64,000 nt of DNA from the human T2T-CHM13v2.0 reference genome, Homo sapiens: the NCBI RefSeq assembly GCF_009914755.1, contig NC_060928.1. One strand, given 5' to 3'. Shown here one piece after another: positions 1-15,398 of the stretch; position 1 is the stretch's first letter; each line of letters opens with the position of its first letter. The notes under the pieces were generated by a model. The model did no database searches, was not told the DNA's origin, and saw nothing but the letters and a program-made list of their open reading frames with translations. The position numbers and the translations under genes are program-made.

Positions 1-2267
<2,267 letters not shown>

Positions 2268-3029
2268 AGGCTTTGGCATTTTTCCTTTAGTACCCTCCCT
2301 GTCTTCACAAAGGTCTCGGGTTTGCAGTCAATGTGCCTGTTTCTTGTTCTGAAGTCTGGAGGGCTGGGCCTAGAAAGCAGGAAGGCAGTCATTTGTGATG
2401 AAACTGAGAAAGTTGGATGAAACTTCCACATTCTTGCAAATTCACACCTTCTCTGAGTGCTGCACTTAGCCACGTGCTAAGTATTTCAGTGCCTTCTGGG
2501 GGCCTGGGAGGCTGGATGAAATTATTGAGTTATGAAGCAATTTTACTTGGAATGAATAGTGAATTTTTTTTCTTGCAACAAAGAGACACCAACATGTATT
2601 TTTGGTTTTTGGTTTTTGTTTTTGTTGTTTTTTTTCCTTTGCAATTAATTTTAGGAAGTACTTGTGAATGCAATCAAGGTGAGGGTGGACAAAGTCATAC
2701 TCGGCGTTGTCTCAGAGCTGCAGAGCCAAGCAACAGCCTTAATGAACAAAGCCACATGGTCTTGGGGTTGGAGGGAAGGTTTATAACTGACTCAAGGCCT
2801 CAGCAATTGTGGGACACTGAGGGCTCACTCAGGCCCAGAGATGTGGGGTACCCTGGAGGCTGGGAGGCTTCTTTGACCCCTGCATAGAAAAACAATGCAT
2901 CAGGGAGAAAGCCCTTCACTTTTGCTGCTTTATAATGGCCTGATGGAGCTATGTGGACCCTTCAGGTAAATTGGGACACTGGCTATTATAAAAGAGGTGC
3001 ACAGGCAGTGAGGGGGAGAAGTTAATAAT

Positions 3030-3182
3030 ATTAATAATAATTCTGATGATTACTCTGCACGAGGCACTATTTCTATTCCCTATAGCTCTCCTGCAAGATA
3101 GACATTATTAGGCCCATTTTTATGTGCAAGGAGATTGAGGCTCAGAGCATTAAGTAACTTGCCCTGGAGCATGTGTCTGGTA
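3030..3182 (-). mobile_element. MIR fragment
   Basis: cccattttt...gagattgaggctcagagcattaagtaacttgccc MIR core. Confidence 0.6.
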
Positions 3183-3183
3183 G

Positions 3184-3295
3184 CAGGGCAATCAACTGTC
3201 CCAATTTGCTTGGGACTGTCGTGGTTTTAGCACTGAAATTTCTGCATCTCTGGAAACCTTCTATTCTGGGCAAACTAGGACAGTTGGTCACCCTA
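3184..3295. mobile_element. MER81-like hAT MITE
   Basis: ~112 bp with degenerate TIRs cagggcaatcaactgtccc...ggacagttggtcacccta. Confidence 0.7.
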
Positions 3296-3758
3296 GAGGA
3301 GTCAGGGCCAAGATGACAGCCAGGTCCACCTGGTTCCCAAGACTGTTGCTCAACACCATACCAGCCTCATATGTAAGGCAAAGCTCTTTCCCATAAGGCC
3401 GCATGAATAGGAAGCTTCAGAAGAAGAATTTGAACCTAGGACTGTCTTCCTCCAGAGTGGGTATTTTCTTACCAGGCCATCAAGACAGGAGCACCTGACT
3501 GTTGATACACAATGGCAGAAGGTTCCAGAATACCTGTAGCCCTGTGGTGCTTCTGTGAACCGATAGGTAGGCCTAGTGGTTATGCCTTTCCAGGGGCACA
3601 CATATTCCTGGGGGAGAAGCTGGAGTCTTTGCAGCATCTGCATCCTGGCCCTGATTTCAGGCCAGGCCTGGTGGAGAGCAGGGATGTCCTAAAGCTTTGA
3701 GGAGTGAAGGAGGGAGGAGACTGCACACAAGTTTGCTTTCATTTAAAGAGCAACACCA

Positions 3759-4089
<331 letters not shown>

Positions 4090-4151
4090 TCAATAATCGG
4101 CAGACACAAATACAGATATAAAATAAAGACCAATTTTAGTTGAGGTGTCAC

Positions 4152-4203
4152 TTCTCTTTGTCTCTCTGTCTTTCTCGCTCTCTCTCTCTCTTTCTCTCTC
4201 TCT
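4152..4203. repeat. (CT)n-rich microsatellite
   Basis: Seen directly. Confidence 0.8.
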
Positions 4204-4569
4204 ACATACAATGTGTATAAATAATATATAACATATTCTGTCACCATATTTATATGCTCACAAAAGTTTTTCAAGCTGTTTCTCCTTCCTTGAAGCTGTT
4301 TTGAATTTATGAGCAACTAGAGTAGAAAACTTATTCTTCATTGTGGCTGGCATTAAACATCACATTTAGCTCCTTGTCCTAATTATCCCTAGATTTGTTT
4401 CTATGTTTTGCTACTCCCCGGAATCCCTGTCTTTCCAACCTCCCTGGTTCCAGGACCCCTGGGTCCTCATTCCTTGTAGGTAGAAAAGATCCCAGATGGA
4501 AAGATGTGCCAGCCGAGTCTATTTCAAGTGACTTTGCACCTTGGCTGTTGGCACACTGCTGGTGTGTTC

Positions 4570-5135
4570 TGATATCTGTTCTCCCCTCTTTCTACGGTAA
4601 TAAAAGCCTGACGTTTTGGCTGAGCACACAGCCACCCCTGAAGTAAAGACTACATTTAGCAGCATTCTTTGCAGCCAACTGTGGCTCTTTGACTAAGTTT
4701 TGGCCAAAGGATATGAGTGTGACTTATACAAGCTCTGAGTTATGCCCTTAAAGGGAAGCCTTATACCCTCTCCAGCACCATTTCTTCTCTTCCTGCTAGT
4801 TGGAATACAAATGTGTTGGTGAACTCTTTGGGAGAATTTCTTCATTTATTTAACTGGGATAATCTTGAATAAAAAAGCAAACAAAGAAAAAAGACTCCAT
4901 GGTGAATAACCAGCAGAAATAAAAGACAATAGAAATAGACCTACAAAGATGTCAGATATTCGAATTATCAGAGGCTGACCACAAAACAACATCATAGAGA
5001 TGGCAGAACAACATCCTGGGAGAAGCTTGGGTTCCTGATACCTTGGGGGCTGCCTGGCTAGCCTGCATATGTAAGGGAGAAGTCAATGTCTAACTTGGGC
5101 TTCTGCTATGGTAACTGACACCATGTCCGAGTAGC
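4570..5135. mobile_element. Old MaLR LTR (MLT1I/J-like), with a possible L1 fragment inside
   Basis: aaagactacattt...gactaagttttggccaa, typical MLT1 motifs. Confidence 0.55.
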
Positions 5136-5202
5136 ATACTGCTTCTCTGTAGCAGCTAATTTCATTCCTGAGTCATTGTCTTCCAATCGTTATGTTAGTA
5201 TA

Positions 5203-5633
5203 TGCTATCTTTTGGATATGGCTTATTTGGCCCTGCCAAGTCTCATGTTGGAATTTGATCCCCAGTGTTGAAAGTGGGGTCTTGTGGGAGGTGTTTGGGT
5301 TGTGGGGGTAGATCCCTCATGAATGGCTTGGTGCCATTCTTGTGGGAGTAAGTGAGTTTTCATTCTTAATTCTTGCAAGAGCTGGTTGTTGAAAAGAGCC
5401 TAGTACCTCTTTCCATCTCTCTCTCAGCTACCCCTTCACCATGTGATCTCTGCATACCAGCTACCTTTTGCCTTCTGACATGAACGGAAGAAGCCTGCAG
5501 CCCTCACCAGAAGCAGAAGCTGATGCCATGCTTCTTGTACAGCCGGCAGAACTGTGAGTCAAATAAGCCTCTTTTCTTTATAAATTACCCAGCTTTGGGT
5601 ATTCCTTTGCAGCAACACAAGTGGACTAATAAT
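5203..5633 (+). mobile_element. MSTB-like MaLR solo LTR
   Basis: tctcatgttggaatttgatccccagtgtt...ataaattacccag...ggactaat. Confidence 0.85.
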
Positions 5634-6085
5634 AATATATTTATTAGCAGAGTCATTTTCAGAAATAGCTTAAGCTGACACCAAACAAAATCTTCAACTT
5701 CTAGGGCTTTTTAAATCATAATTTTGGTGAGAACCTGACCACTCTTTTTTTAAATGATGGCAATTGCAAGGGTCCAGAAAGATCTAGAATTGGTTGGAAT
5801 TGGTAGAAAAAGAGGAGATGAAGATGGTGGAGGTGAAGGATAAGGCATGATAGCATCTAACCTTTATTGAGTGATAACTCTGCCCCAACACTATGCTAAA
5901 CACTTTACGTATATACTCCTGTGAGTTATGCACTATTACAACTTCCACCTTGTAAGTGAGGAAACTGAGGCTTACTGTGCCCAGTCACACTGGTTTCCCT
6001 GCAGGTTCTCTCTAACAGTGTGCTTTGTCCTATGATCATCACTTTGCATATGCTAGTCCCTCTGTCCTGAATACCCTTCCTACCT

Positions 6086-6270
6086 CAGGTTGCCAGATAC
6101 ACAAACAAAACTCAATGAATAAACAAAAACAGGAGGTGCAGTTACATGTGAATATCAGATAAACAACGAGTAAGATTTTATTATAAACACATCTCATGCA
6201 ATATAATAATGTTATGCTAAACATTATTTGTTGTCTATTTAAAATTCAAATGTAACTGGGTGCCTGGGCA
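6086..6270. mobile_element. MER53-like palindromic MITE
   Basis: caggttgccaga...gaatatcagataaacaacga...ttgttgtctatttaaaattcaaatgtaactggg internal inverted symmetry. Confidence 0.75.
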
Positions 6271-6280
6271 GCCCCATTTC

Positions 6281-6590
6281 TTTTTCTTTTTATTATTTAT
6301 TTATTTATTTTTAGGCAGAGTCTCGCTCTGTCACCAGGCTGCAGTACAGTGATGCAATCTCGGCTCACTGCAACCTCTGACTCCCTGGTTCAAGCAATTC
6401 TCCTGCCTCAGCCTCCCAAGTAGCTGGGATTACAGGCACACGCCACCACACCCAGCTACTTTTTGTATTTTTAATAGAGACCGGGTTTCGCCATGTTGGC
6501 CAGGATGGTCTTGATCTCCTGACCTCGTGATCCGCCCGCCTTGGCCTCCCAAAGTGTTGGGATTACAGGCGTGAGCCACCACGCCCAGCC
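6281..6590 (-). mobile_element. AluS (Sc-like)
   Basis: Antisense Alu; TSD tgggcagccccattt on both sides. Confidence 0.95.
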
Positions 6591-6624
6591 TTGGGCAGCC
6601 CCATTTTTATCCCAACCCTCTTCC

Positions 6625-6655
<31 letters not shown>

Positions 6656-6930
6656 ACTCTTGCTCTGTTGCCCAGCCTGGAGTGCAATGGTGTGATCTAG
6701 GTTCACTGCAACCTCTGCCTCCTGGGTTCAGGTAACTCTCATGTCTCAGCCTCCCAAGTAGCTGTGACTACAGGTGTGCACCACCAGGCCCAGCTAATTT
6801 TTTTGTATTTTTAGTAGAGATGGGGTTTCACCATGTTGGCCGGGCTGGTTTCAAACTCCTGACTTCAGGTGATCCGCCCACCTCGGACTCCCAAAGTGCT
6901 GGGATTACAGGCGTGGACCACCATGCCCAG
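6625..6930 (-). mobile_element. AluS
   Basis: Antisense Alu with poly-T; TSD tcccaaccctctt. Confidence 0.95.
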
Positions 6931-6944
6931 TCCCAACCCTCTTA

Positions 6945-7255
6945 CTTTACCTGGATATTTCCTGCCTACCCTTCCAATCTCAGCTTGAGTGCAACTTCCT
7001 TAGGGAAGCTTTCCCTGACTCATAGCCCAGAAGGGGCCCCTTTCATATAGCTTCTCCGGGACTATGCATCATGCCCTCACAGGCCTTACCTCCATTAGAC
7101 TGTTTGATTAACACGCTCTCCCTCAAGTGGACTGCAATGACCTTGATGGCAAGGTGCGCACCTGCTTTTGCTCACCACTGCATGTCTCCCCCGCTCCTCG
7201 CACATGCCTGGCACATAGCAGGAACATGATAAAAAGAATTGTGAAATGAAATAAA
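6945..7255. mobile_element. L2 fragment
   Basis: cttagggaagctttccctgact...gcctggcacatagcagg, L2 3' motifs. Confidence 0.55.
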
Positions 7256-7409
7256 GGGCGGTGGAGTAACTGGCCTAAGACAACCCACTTAGCAAGTAGG
7301 AGAATTAGGAGTCAATGCTAAGAAGCAAAGGCAAGAGATGTTTGAAAGGAAAACATCCCTCCTTAGCATGGCCTCTCAGGCCTGCTACCTGCCTCCATAG
7401 CCCCTCTTA

Positions 7410-7660
7410 AGGAAGGCAGCTCCGTGGGTTAGTCACGGGCCCTGGAGCAAGACTGCCCTAGATGGAACCCAGGCTCAGCCGCTGAGAATCTGGATGGTCA
7501 TGGGCTAGCCACCTCACCTCCCTGGGTCTCAGCTTCTCTGTCTGTAAAATGGTGACCAAAACTTCTGGCAGGGCTTTTGGAAGGATTAACCGAGTCAAGA
7601 CCTATGAAGCCATAGAACAGTGCCTGGCACCTCCTATGTGCCCGGTAAATGTGAGCAACT
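7410..7660 (+). mobile_element. MIR
   Basis: tctcagcttctctgtctgtaaaatgg...cagtgcctggcac. Confidence 0.65.
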
Positions 7661-7819
7661 GTGGTGCCACCTCCACCTCACTCACTGAGTTCCAGCTGGG
7701 CTTGCAGAGTGCTTTCAGACCCCAGGGCCTTTGCATGTGCTATTTCCTCTGCCGCTGAAGCACTTCTCATCTTTTTTTTTCCTGGTCAGCAAATTCTCAT
7801 TCTTGAAGGGCCTTTCTTC

Positions 7820-8143
<324 letters not shown>

Positions 8144-9857
8144 TCATACTCTTTCCCTCGCCATCCTGTTTCACTGGAGCCCTGTGTGCAGTATGTAATG
8201 AAACGAATATTTGGTGTGTATTTGTATAGGGTCTGTTTTCTTCTACCAAACTAAGTTCTACAAGGACCTCTCCTGATTTGCTCCCCACAACATCCACAGT
8301 GGCCAGCATAGCACGAGTCATACAGTAGGCACTCATGGTGAACTAATACACAGTGACAAAACCTGCAGGACCTGGTGGCTGTTGGCATGGAGTAGGGAGA
8401 AGAGAGGACAAGGAGGGTCCTGAGAAGTGGGGAACAGCTTTGCCTTTAATGGAAGCAGGGCATGGGGAGGTCCCTGGATGCCATTCAGCTCAGTAAATGT
8501 TTATTAAGTGTCTGCTAGTTTTTCTACTTCTTTCCCATCAGTTAATCATACAAGCTAGCTCAGAACATGGAAAACATCTCATGGGCCAAATAACGCAGAT
8601 GAAAGCTCTATGACCTTGGAAGCTACTCCCATAGCAGCTGCCTTGAGATCTCTATGTGTATCTAGGCACAGATGGAAATAAGAATCATAATTGATGCCAG
8701 GAATTGCCAATTTAAAAATATAAATGATATACAATGATTTTTAAAAATCCCATAAGATACATATATTTTCCATTTTGCAGAAATGATAACTCAGTCTTAG
8801 AGGCAACAAGAGATTTGTCCAAAATCACAGAAAGTAGCAGGACTGTTGAGATTTTACCCCTTGTCCACCTGGCTCTAAAGCCTGTGCTGTTGCCCCATTT
8901 ACCCTGCAGCCTCTGAAAAGCTGAACCTTGACATGATTGGTCTGTCTGCCATTCCCAGCTTAGCTCGATACAACAGGAGCCAGAGGTCTCATGGTTCAAG
9001 CACTCAGTACTGACTAAGCACACCCTCTAGGACCTTGGGGAGCAAGGGGAGCAAATTCAGCAGTCATTATTCTGATTTGCTATTCTTTCATTGATTCTTC
9101 CATCTTTTGATTTACTGATTAATGTATTCATTCATTCATTCTACAAAATGAATTGCACAGGCAGACATGTAAATAGGAAATTGTAGCAAGATGTGATTAC
9201 CTGGGAGTGGCAGTGTTGGAGCAGATTGGCCCTTGTGCTACCAAGGTTCCTAGGATTGGAGGACCAGACAAGTTCTTGAATCTCTAGGACGGGGTGCAGA
9301 AATGAAAATCCACTGGAGACATCAAGCATGGCAGCTCCTGTCGGATCCCCGGGAAGGCCAAGCACGTCTCATCTCTTGTTATTCCTCATGTCCTTGCTGC
9401 CTTAATCAAAAACAATCGCAGTATGTGTGACTTAAAACGAATGGCCAAGAGGGATAATTCAAAACAGGCATGTCTAGAACTAAGCACCCCACTGGATGGG
9501 AATCAAGTGATTATGTGAACAAAGAGAAGGTATCAAGTCAGAGGCCATCTGTTCATTCACAGGCACTCCTCAAGGACTCAGTGCCAGGGCCAGGGCCTCA
9601 TGGGGCCTACAGTCTAGGGGGCAGAAGAACAATGAACAATGACCATGCAGCAAGCCATGTGCTGGAAGGAGAGATAAACGCAGAGCTGTGAGCCTGGCGG
9701 TCTGTGTCTGTAACTGTCCATCTCACCTCTTTCCACACTCAGGACCTGGAGGCCAGAGCATGCCTCTTCGTCGTGTCTGTCTCCCCAGGCAAGGCTGCCA
9801 GAGTGCAAAATGAAAATGGCGGGCCCCTTTTTCAAAAAGGAGAAAAGATGTTGACAT

Positions 9858-10482
9858 AGATGTGTTGAAGAGGGAACACTTTTACACCGCTGGTAGGAAT
9901 GTAAATTAATTCAACCACCATGGAAAACAGGGTGGAGATTCCCAAAAGAACTAAAAGTAGAACTACCATTCAATCCAGAAATCCCATTACTGGGTATCTA
10001 CGCAAAGGAAAAGAAGTCATTATATTGAAAAATACACTCGCACAAGCATGTTTATAGCAGCACAATTCACAATTGCAAAGATATGGAACCAACCTAAGTG
10101 CTCATTGACCAACGAGTGGATAAAGAAAATGTAGTATATATGCACCATGGAATACTACTCAGCCAAAAAATTGAACAAAATAATGTCTTTTGCAGCAATT
10201 TGGACAGAGCTCGAGGCCTTTCTAAGTGAAGTAACTCAGGAATGGAAAGCCAAATATCATATATTCTCACCAATAAGTAGGAGCTAAGCTAAGAGGACAC
10301 AAAGGCGTAAGAGTGATCAGGGACCCTGACGAAGTAGGGAGTAGGGTGAGGGATAAAAACTACATATTAGGTACAGTGTAACTGCTCAGGTGACAGGTGC
10401 ACTAAAATCTCAGAATCACCACTTAAAAACTTATCCACGTAGCCCAAAACCACCAGTATCCCAAAAAATATTGAAAAATAAA
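9858..10482 (+). mobile_element. 5'-truncated L1PB-like 3' end
   Basis: ORF2 end plus 3'UTR gggataaaaactacatattaggtacagtgta...aaaatctcagaatcaccac. Confidence 0.85.
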
Positions 10483-10566
10483 GTTACTGAAATATAAAGC
10501 ATCTTTTCTTTTGTGGTTTTCTTCTTGCCCTGTGATTCTTTAAATTTACTATTAAACTGCAATCAT

Positions 10567-10869
10567 GGCAGGGTGCAGTGGCTGGCTCATGCCTGTAATC
10601 CCAGCACTTTGGGAAGCTGAGGTGGGCAGATCCCCCACGGTCAGGAGTTCGAGACCAGCCTGACCAACACGATGAAATCCCATCTCTACTAAAAATTAGC
10701 CAGGCTTGGTGGTGGGCGCCTGTGATCCTAGCTACTCAGAAAGCTGAGGCAGAAGAGTCACTTGAACCCAGGAGGTAGAGGTTGCAGTGAGCTGAGATCA
10801 TGCCATTGCACTCCAGCCTGGGCAATAGAGCGAGACTCCATCTCAAAAAAACAAAAACAAACAAAAAAA
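10567..10869 (+). mobile_element. AluS
   Basis: Full dimer flanked by ctgcaatc repeat. Confidence 0.93.
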
Positions 10870-13329
10870 CCCTGCAATCTAAGTTAAAATAAAACTAAAA
10901 ATCCTTAGCATGAATTTTATCACTTATCTTCAAACTGTGTGATGCCAGTCTTCCATGCAAATATGAGCTCATCGATCTCTTATATAGAATCTCAGGAATT
11001 ACACTTTCCTATCCTATCTTGTAGCTCCTCTGGGCACATGTATTTCATTCTTACCTGAACACTGGAAACGAGGCACAAAACAAACTCATCGGTTTTGGCT
11101 GCACCTCTGACACACACACATTCTACCGATGCTCTCTATCTGCGCCTTCCTGCTGAGTAAGGAAGGACTGGACAAAAAGGGAATTCTGTCCTGCCCTGTC
11201 TTTCTTTCAATGCCATCATCTCCAGTGTTGGTGACTGGTTAATTCAGAGACGCAACATCAGTACAAAAGGATCGGACAAAGTCCCTCTGTCATTCATGTT
11301 TCTTTGAACATCATGGTCCTCTTTCTGCATTTTGACCCAAGTTCAGGTTGCAACAAAAAGCATGGGCTCAGGGGCAGTTGGAGCCCCTGTTACCGAGATG
11401 GAGAGGCCTCATGCTTGCGGTATAGTTGCTCTGGGTCACGCTGAACTCTCATGAATCATTGATCCATCAGAATTCTGGACCAGCTGAGTGCTTCATGGAA
11501 ATGGGGTGGCAGGGAATGGCGGGTACACTGGACACATGCTGTGGTATTTCCTCTGCTCGTGTGCAGGCTCTATTGTCCCATCAGACTTTACTCACAAAAC
11601 ACAAGTTCAAAGACAAAGCCGTTAAGAATTTCAAGACTGTGATAGCAAAACATTAAACCAAGCATGAGGCCCAAGGTCTTGGTAAACTTTTGCTGATGAA
11701 TGAAAACTTTCCCCAAGGTGATCGTATTTGACTTAGGATCAATTGGTCAAATAGAAGTCTTCTAGGCAGGGAAGGGGGTAAGATAGGCCTAAGTGGAGGC
11801 AGGAGAAAGTATACCATGATGGGAAATTGTGGTCAAATTGGCATGGCTGACGGGTCTCGTGCCAGGAAGGGAGGGGCACTTACGAGGCTGAATAGGAAAG
11901 CTGGAGCCAGACTGGAGCCATTTTTGTCTTCTAAACTAAGGACACTGGAACTCTACTCACTGACAATGGGAAACAAGTGAAGATGCCTTCAGGTCTTGGG
12001 TTCAGAAAGAGGACTCCATTGCAGGGGAAGCTGGATTAGAGGAACTGGCAATGAGACTGATGCAAACTGTCAAAGCCCAGGGCCATGTGGGCTGGACCTG
12101 GGTAGTGCTTCAGGACTGGCAAGAGGGGTCCGTTTGAGGGAGAATTCAGAGAGACAACGAAGAGAGGGGGTGAGCAGCCTGCAGGAGGCAGAGAGGCAGG
12201 TGGGAGCTGAGGGCAATCCATGGCTTGCTTTCCCATTTGGTCAGCTGTGTTTTCTAACTTCTGAACTCAAGAGCTTGGAGACACTACAGGGTTGAGAGAC
12301 CTCTGAAAATTCCCTTTGGATCCCACTGCCTGCAATTTCTTCCATTTACTGTTTTCTTCTGCTTAGGATGAGAGCATTTAAGCAAGGGAAGGAAAACATT
12401 GTGCAGGGCATGCTATTTTTTAGAAAGCCCATGGCACAAATAAAAAATATAATATTTCAAGGCTTCGTTTGTTTGCAAGGAAGAGACCGTGTCTACCTAT
12501 AGGTTCTGGACAGCACCCCAAACCCCACTGGCCTCTGTAAACACTCTTGGATGGTAAATAATAGTAGCACCAGTGTTAAATCTATTCATTAGGGTCTTGG
12601 CATGAGCATACTATGATTTCAGAAGTCCCTCTTGAATTCTAGGAAACAGAACTTACTGCTTGGGGTTTCTATGCAGAGTTATTGCTGGAGAAAGGTGGAA
12701 GAGCGTGTTTGTGCCAACGGAAACTTGTTATTTTTATTTACTTATTAGGTCATGAGCATCATCCATACCTTACACTTGCAACATAAATTCTCTCATGCTA
12801 TATAACTATATAGCATGAGAGTGAGATTTTCCTCACACTCCTAGGTTGGAGCCTGGGCCCCCCTCTTATATGAGAAAACAGGGGCTCCCGGAGGCTAGTG
12901 ACTTGCCTAGCATCATACAGTTGGAAAACACTAGAACTTTCTCTCAGTACTTCATGGTCCAAGTTTCCACTAGACCAGTGTTTCATTTTTCCATGAAAGC
13001 ACTCCTGTTAAAGAGTGAGGCCGTCCTAAGGGTTCTGGGAGAAAAGTTTACAGTGGGTTCCTCTAACAAGAAAAATGTGATAAAAATCTAATACTTGATC
13101 TTCATTCATGCATACCTTCCATCTTGCTGTATACTACACCAAGTATGTTTTTAACATAGAAATAGTGCTTTGAATGACTTATCAGTAGGATAAATGCTTA
13201 AGAACACATGTCACATATATCTTGTTCTTAGCCACTAGGTAAGTCCTCGTACTACTCAATCTCACACTGAGGTGAACTGCTCCATACTGTAGCTGCCACT
13301 GAGCCCTAAAAACAGGATGAGAAGATATA

Positions 13330-13795
13330 TATTACCCACAATAACACTACCTAACCAACAAACCCAGAATCTCAGCAGCACACAACAATCAGCATTTAGT
13401 TAGCTCAGAGGTCAGCTGGAGGGTGACTGATCTTGGCCCATGCTCAGCCAGGCTCCCCTGGGGCAGCCCAGCTCAGGCCCCACAGACCTCTCATCCTCCT
13501 CCAGAGACCAAGGCTCTAACCCAGGTGTGCTTTTCTCATGTCAATGGTACAAAAACCCAACCACCCAAACACATCCCGGCCACTGGTGATGTCACACCTG
13601 TTAGCATTCCACTGACCAAAGCAAGCTATGTGGCTGAACTCCAAGTCAATGGGTGGGGAAATAGTCTTGTTTTTTTTGTTTTTTTTTTGTTTTGTTTTTG
13701 TTTTTTTTAAGAGATAAAACTGAAATAATCATATGGCAAAGAGTGTGATACAGGGAGGGGTGAGGATTTGGGGCTATTAATGAAATCTTCCATAA
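13330..13795. mobile_element. Old MLT1 LTR
   Basis: cattccactgaccaaagcaagctatgtggctgaactccaagtcaatgggtgggg. Confidence 0.6.
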
Positions 13796-13829
13796 TCGTG
13801 AGATAACTGGCCAGGTTATTATATGACAG

Positions 13830-14050
13830 TCCTACTGACTTGTGTCAGGGACCTAAATTTTAATGGCAGCTCAGCTACTTTTTAGCTATGTGAACTTCGA
13901 CAAGATCTTTTCTCTCTCTGAGTCTTATTTTTCTTCTCTGTATAGTAGGAGAAATAGCTCCTTTTTAATAGAGGTCTTACCAGGATACAGTAAATGATTT
14001 GATGGAAAAGCATATTATGAGAAAGCACTGTGAAGACATTCTTACTATTA
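13830..14050 (+). mobile_element. MIR
   Basis: tagctatgtgaacttcgacaag...ctctgagtcttatttttcttctctgta. Confidence 0.55.
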
Positions 14051-14214
14051 CCCCACGTCATAGGTTTCTTGAGTTGCTATACTTAGCTCCAAATAACTTC
14101 TGATGCTAAAATTAATCAAATCCAGGCTATCGGCTGCTTTAGAACAGGGATATCATTATCAAAAGTAATGAAAGCAACAACCACAGCATCCATGATAAAA
14201 TAACAATAGGAATA

Positions 14215-14345
14215 CAGTTGGCCCTCTGTATCCACGGGGGATTGGGTCCAGGACCCCCGAGGACATCAAAATCCATGGATGCTCAAATATCTTCTAATCA
14301 GCTCTCAGTACCCATGGGTCCCATGTGGACACTGAGGGCTGGCTT
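14215..14345. mobile_element. MER2-like Tigger MITE fragment
   Basis: tacagttggccctctgtatccacgggggattgggtccaggacccc. Confidence 0.7.
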
Positions 14346-14419
14346 TACCATCGTATTTACAATTGCACTTCCTAGTGGTATCTCAAACACTAAGATGTAG
14401 TACTTATTCCAATGAATAT

Positions 14420-14456
14420 TTGCTGAGTGAATGAATGAATGAATGAATGAATGAAT
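14420..14456. repeat. (GAAT)n, L2 3' tail
   Basis: Seen directly. Confidence 0.8.
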
Positions 14457-15339
14457 TGGCAACAACAGTGATACATTTGAAAAACATTTCTCTGGTTTTA
14501 AAAGTGGTTTCCAAAGGGGAACTCTAGAAAAATATCTAGGTGAGGCGCCCTGGGAAGCCAGAGTTTTACCTGCTTTGAGGAGTAATTACTCATCTCTATA
14601 GATAGATTGTAAATGTTTTCTTCAAAAATCCCTAGCAGGCTTGCAGAGCCACGCTCAGTGTTTGTCTTTTCTCTTCAGCCAAATAAAACAGTTCTTCAAG
14701 CCAAAAGTTCTTATCTTTATTCTCTGTGGCACAGTCTAGCCCCTAAACTTTGATAATTGGGGGAAAGAGAAATTGGCATATTATTGACGACCACAGATGT
14801 GTCCAGCATTTTCAAATGTCAATTCCTTGGTTCTCACAAACTCAGAGGGAAGCATTAGAATCCACAATTTACAGATGGGGCTCTGAGCTCAGCAATATTG
14901 TGGAATTTGAACCCAGGGAACAGTTCAGGTTGGTTCTGGCTTTTTCCCTGGCCCACGATGGCACTAAATACTTGCTATTTGATTGCTTTATCAGTTAACT
15001 GAAGCTACTATTAAGGCAATAGCAATTTGGCATGGAACAAAATGATATAATACCTCTCAGTACCCCAGCTCTCAGGGCAACATCCTGAACCCCACCAGGC
15101 TCAACGAATGTTGATTCTGACAATGGTGATGGCTTCTAGAACCGAATTATCTTTTTATCAAACCCAGGATTTTCAAATCGGCCAAGCACAACCAGAAATT
15201 TCTAGGATTCTTCTGGGTTTGAAAACATCACTGTTGTCCAAGCCCCTCATTTTCCAGTTGAGAAGACTAAGCTCCAAAAATAAGTGACTTCTTAGGGTCA
15301 CACAGCTAGTTAGTGGCAGAGCTTGAGTTTGTTGGAAAG

Positions 15340-15340
15340 T

Positions 15341-15397
<57 letters not shown>
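15340..15397. repeat. Compound (CT)n(CA)n microsatellite
   Basis: Seen directly. Confidence 0.95.

Positions 15398-15398
<1 letters not shown>

Larger units (their letters stand above)
9785..11672. mobile_element. MER45-family hAT (Tip100) element, interrupted by an L1 3' end and an Alu
   Basis: Left end gtgcaaaatgaaaatggcgggcccctttttcaaaa; right end aagaatttcaagac...cattaaaccaagcatgaggccc. Confidence 0.6.
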
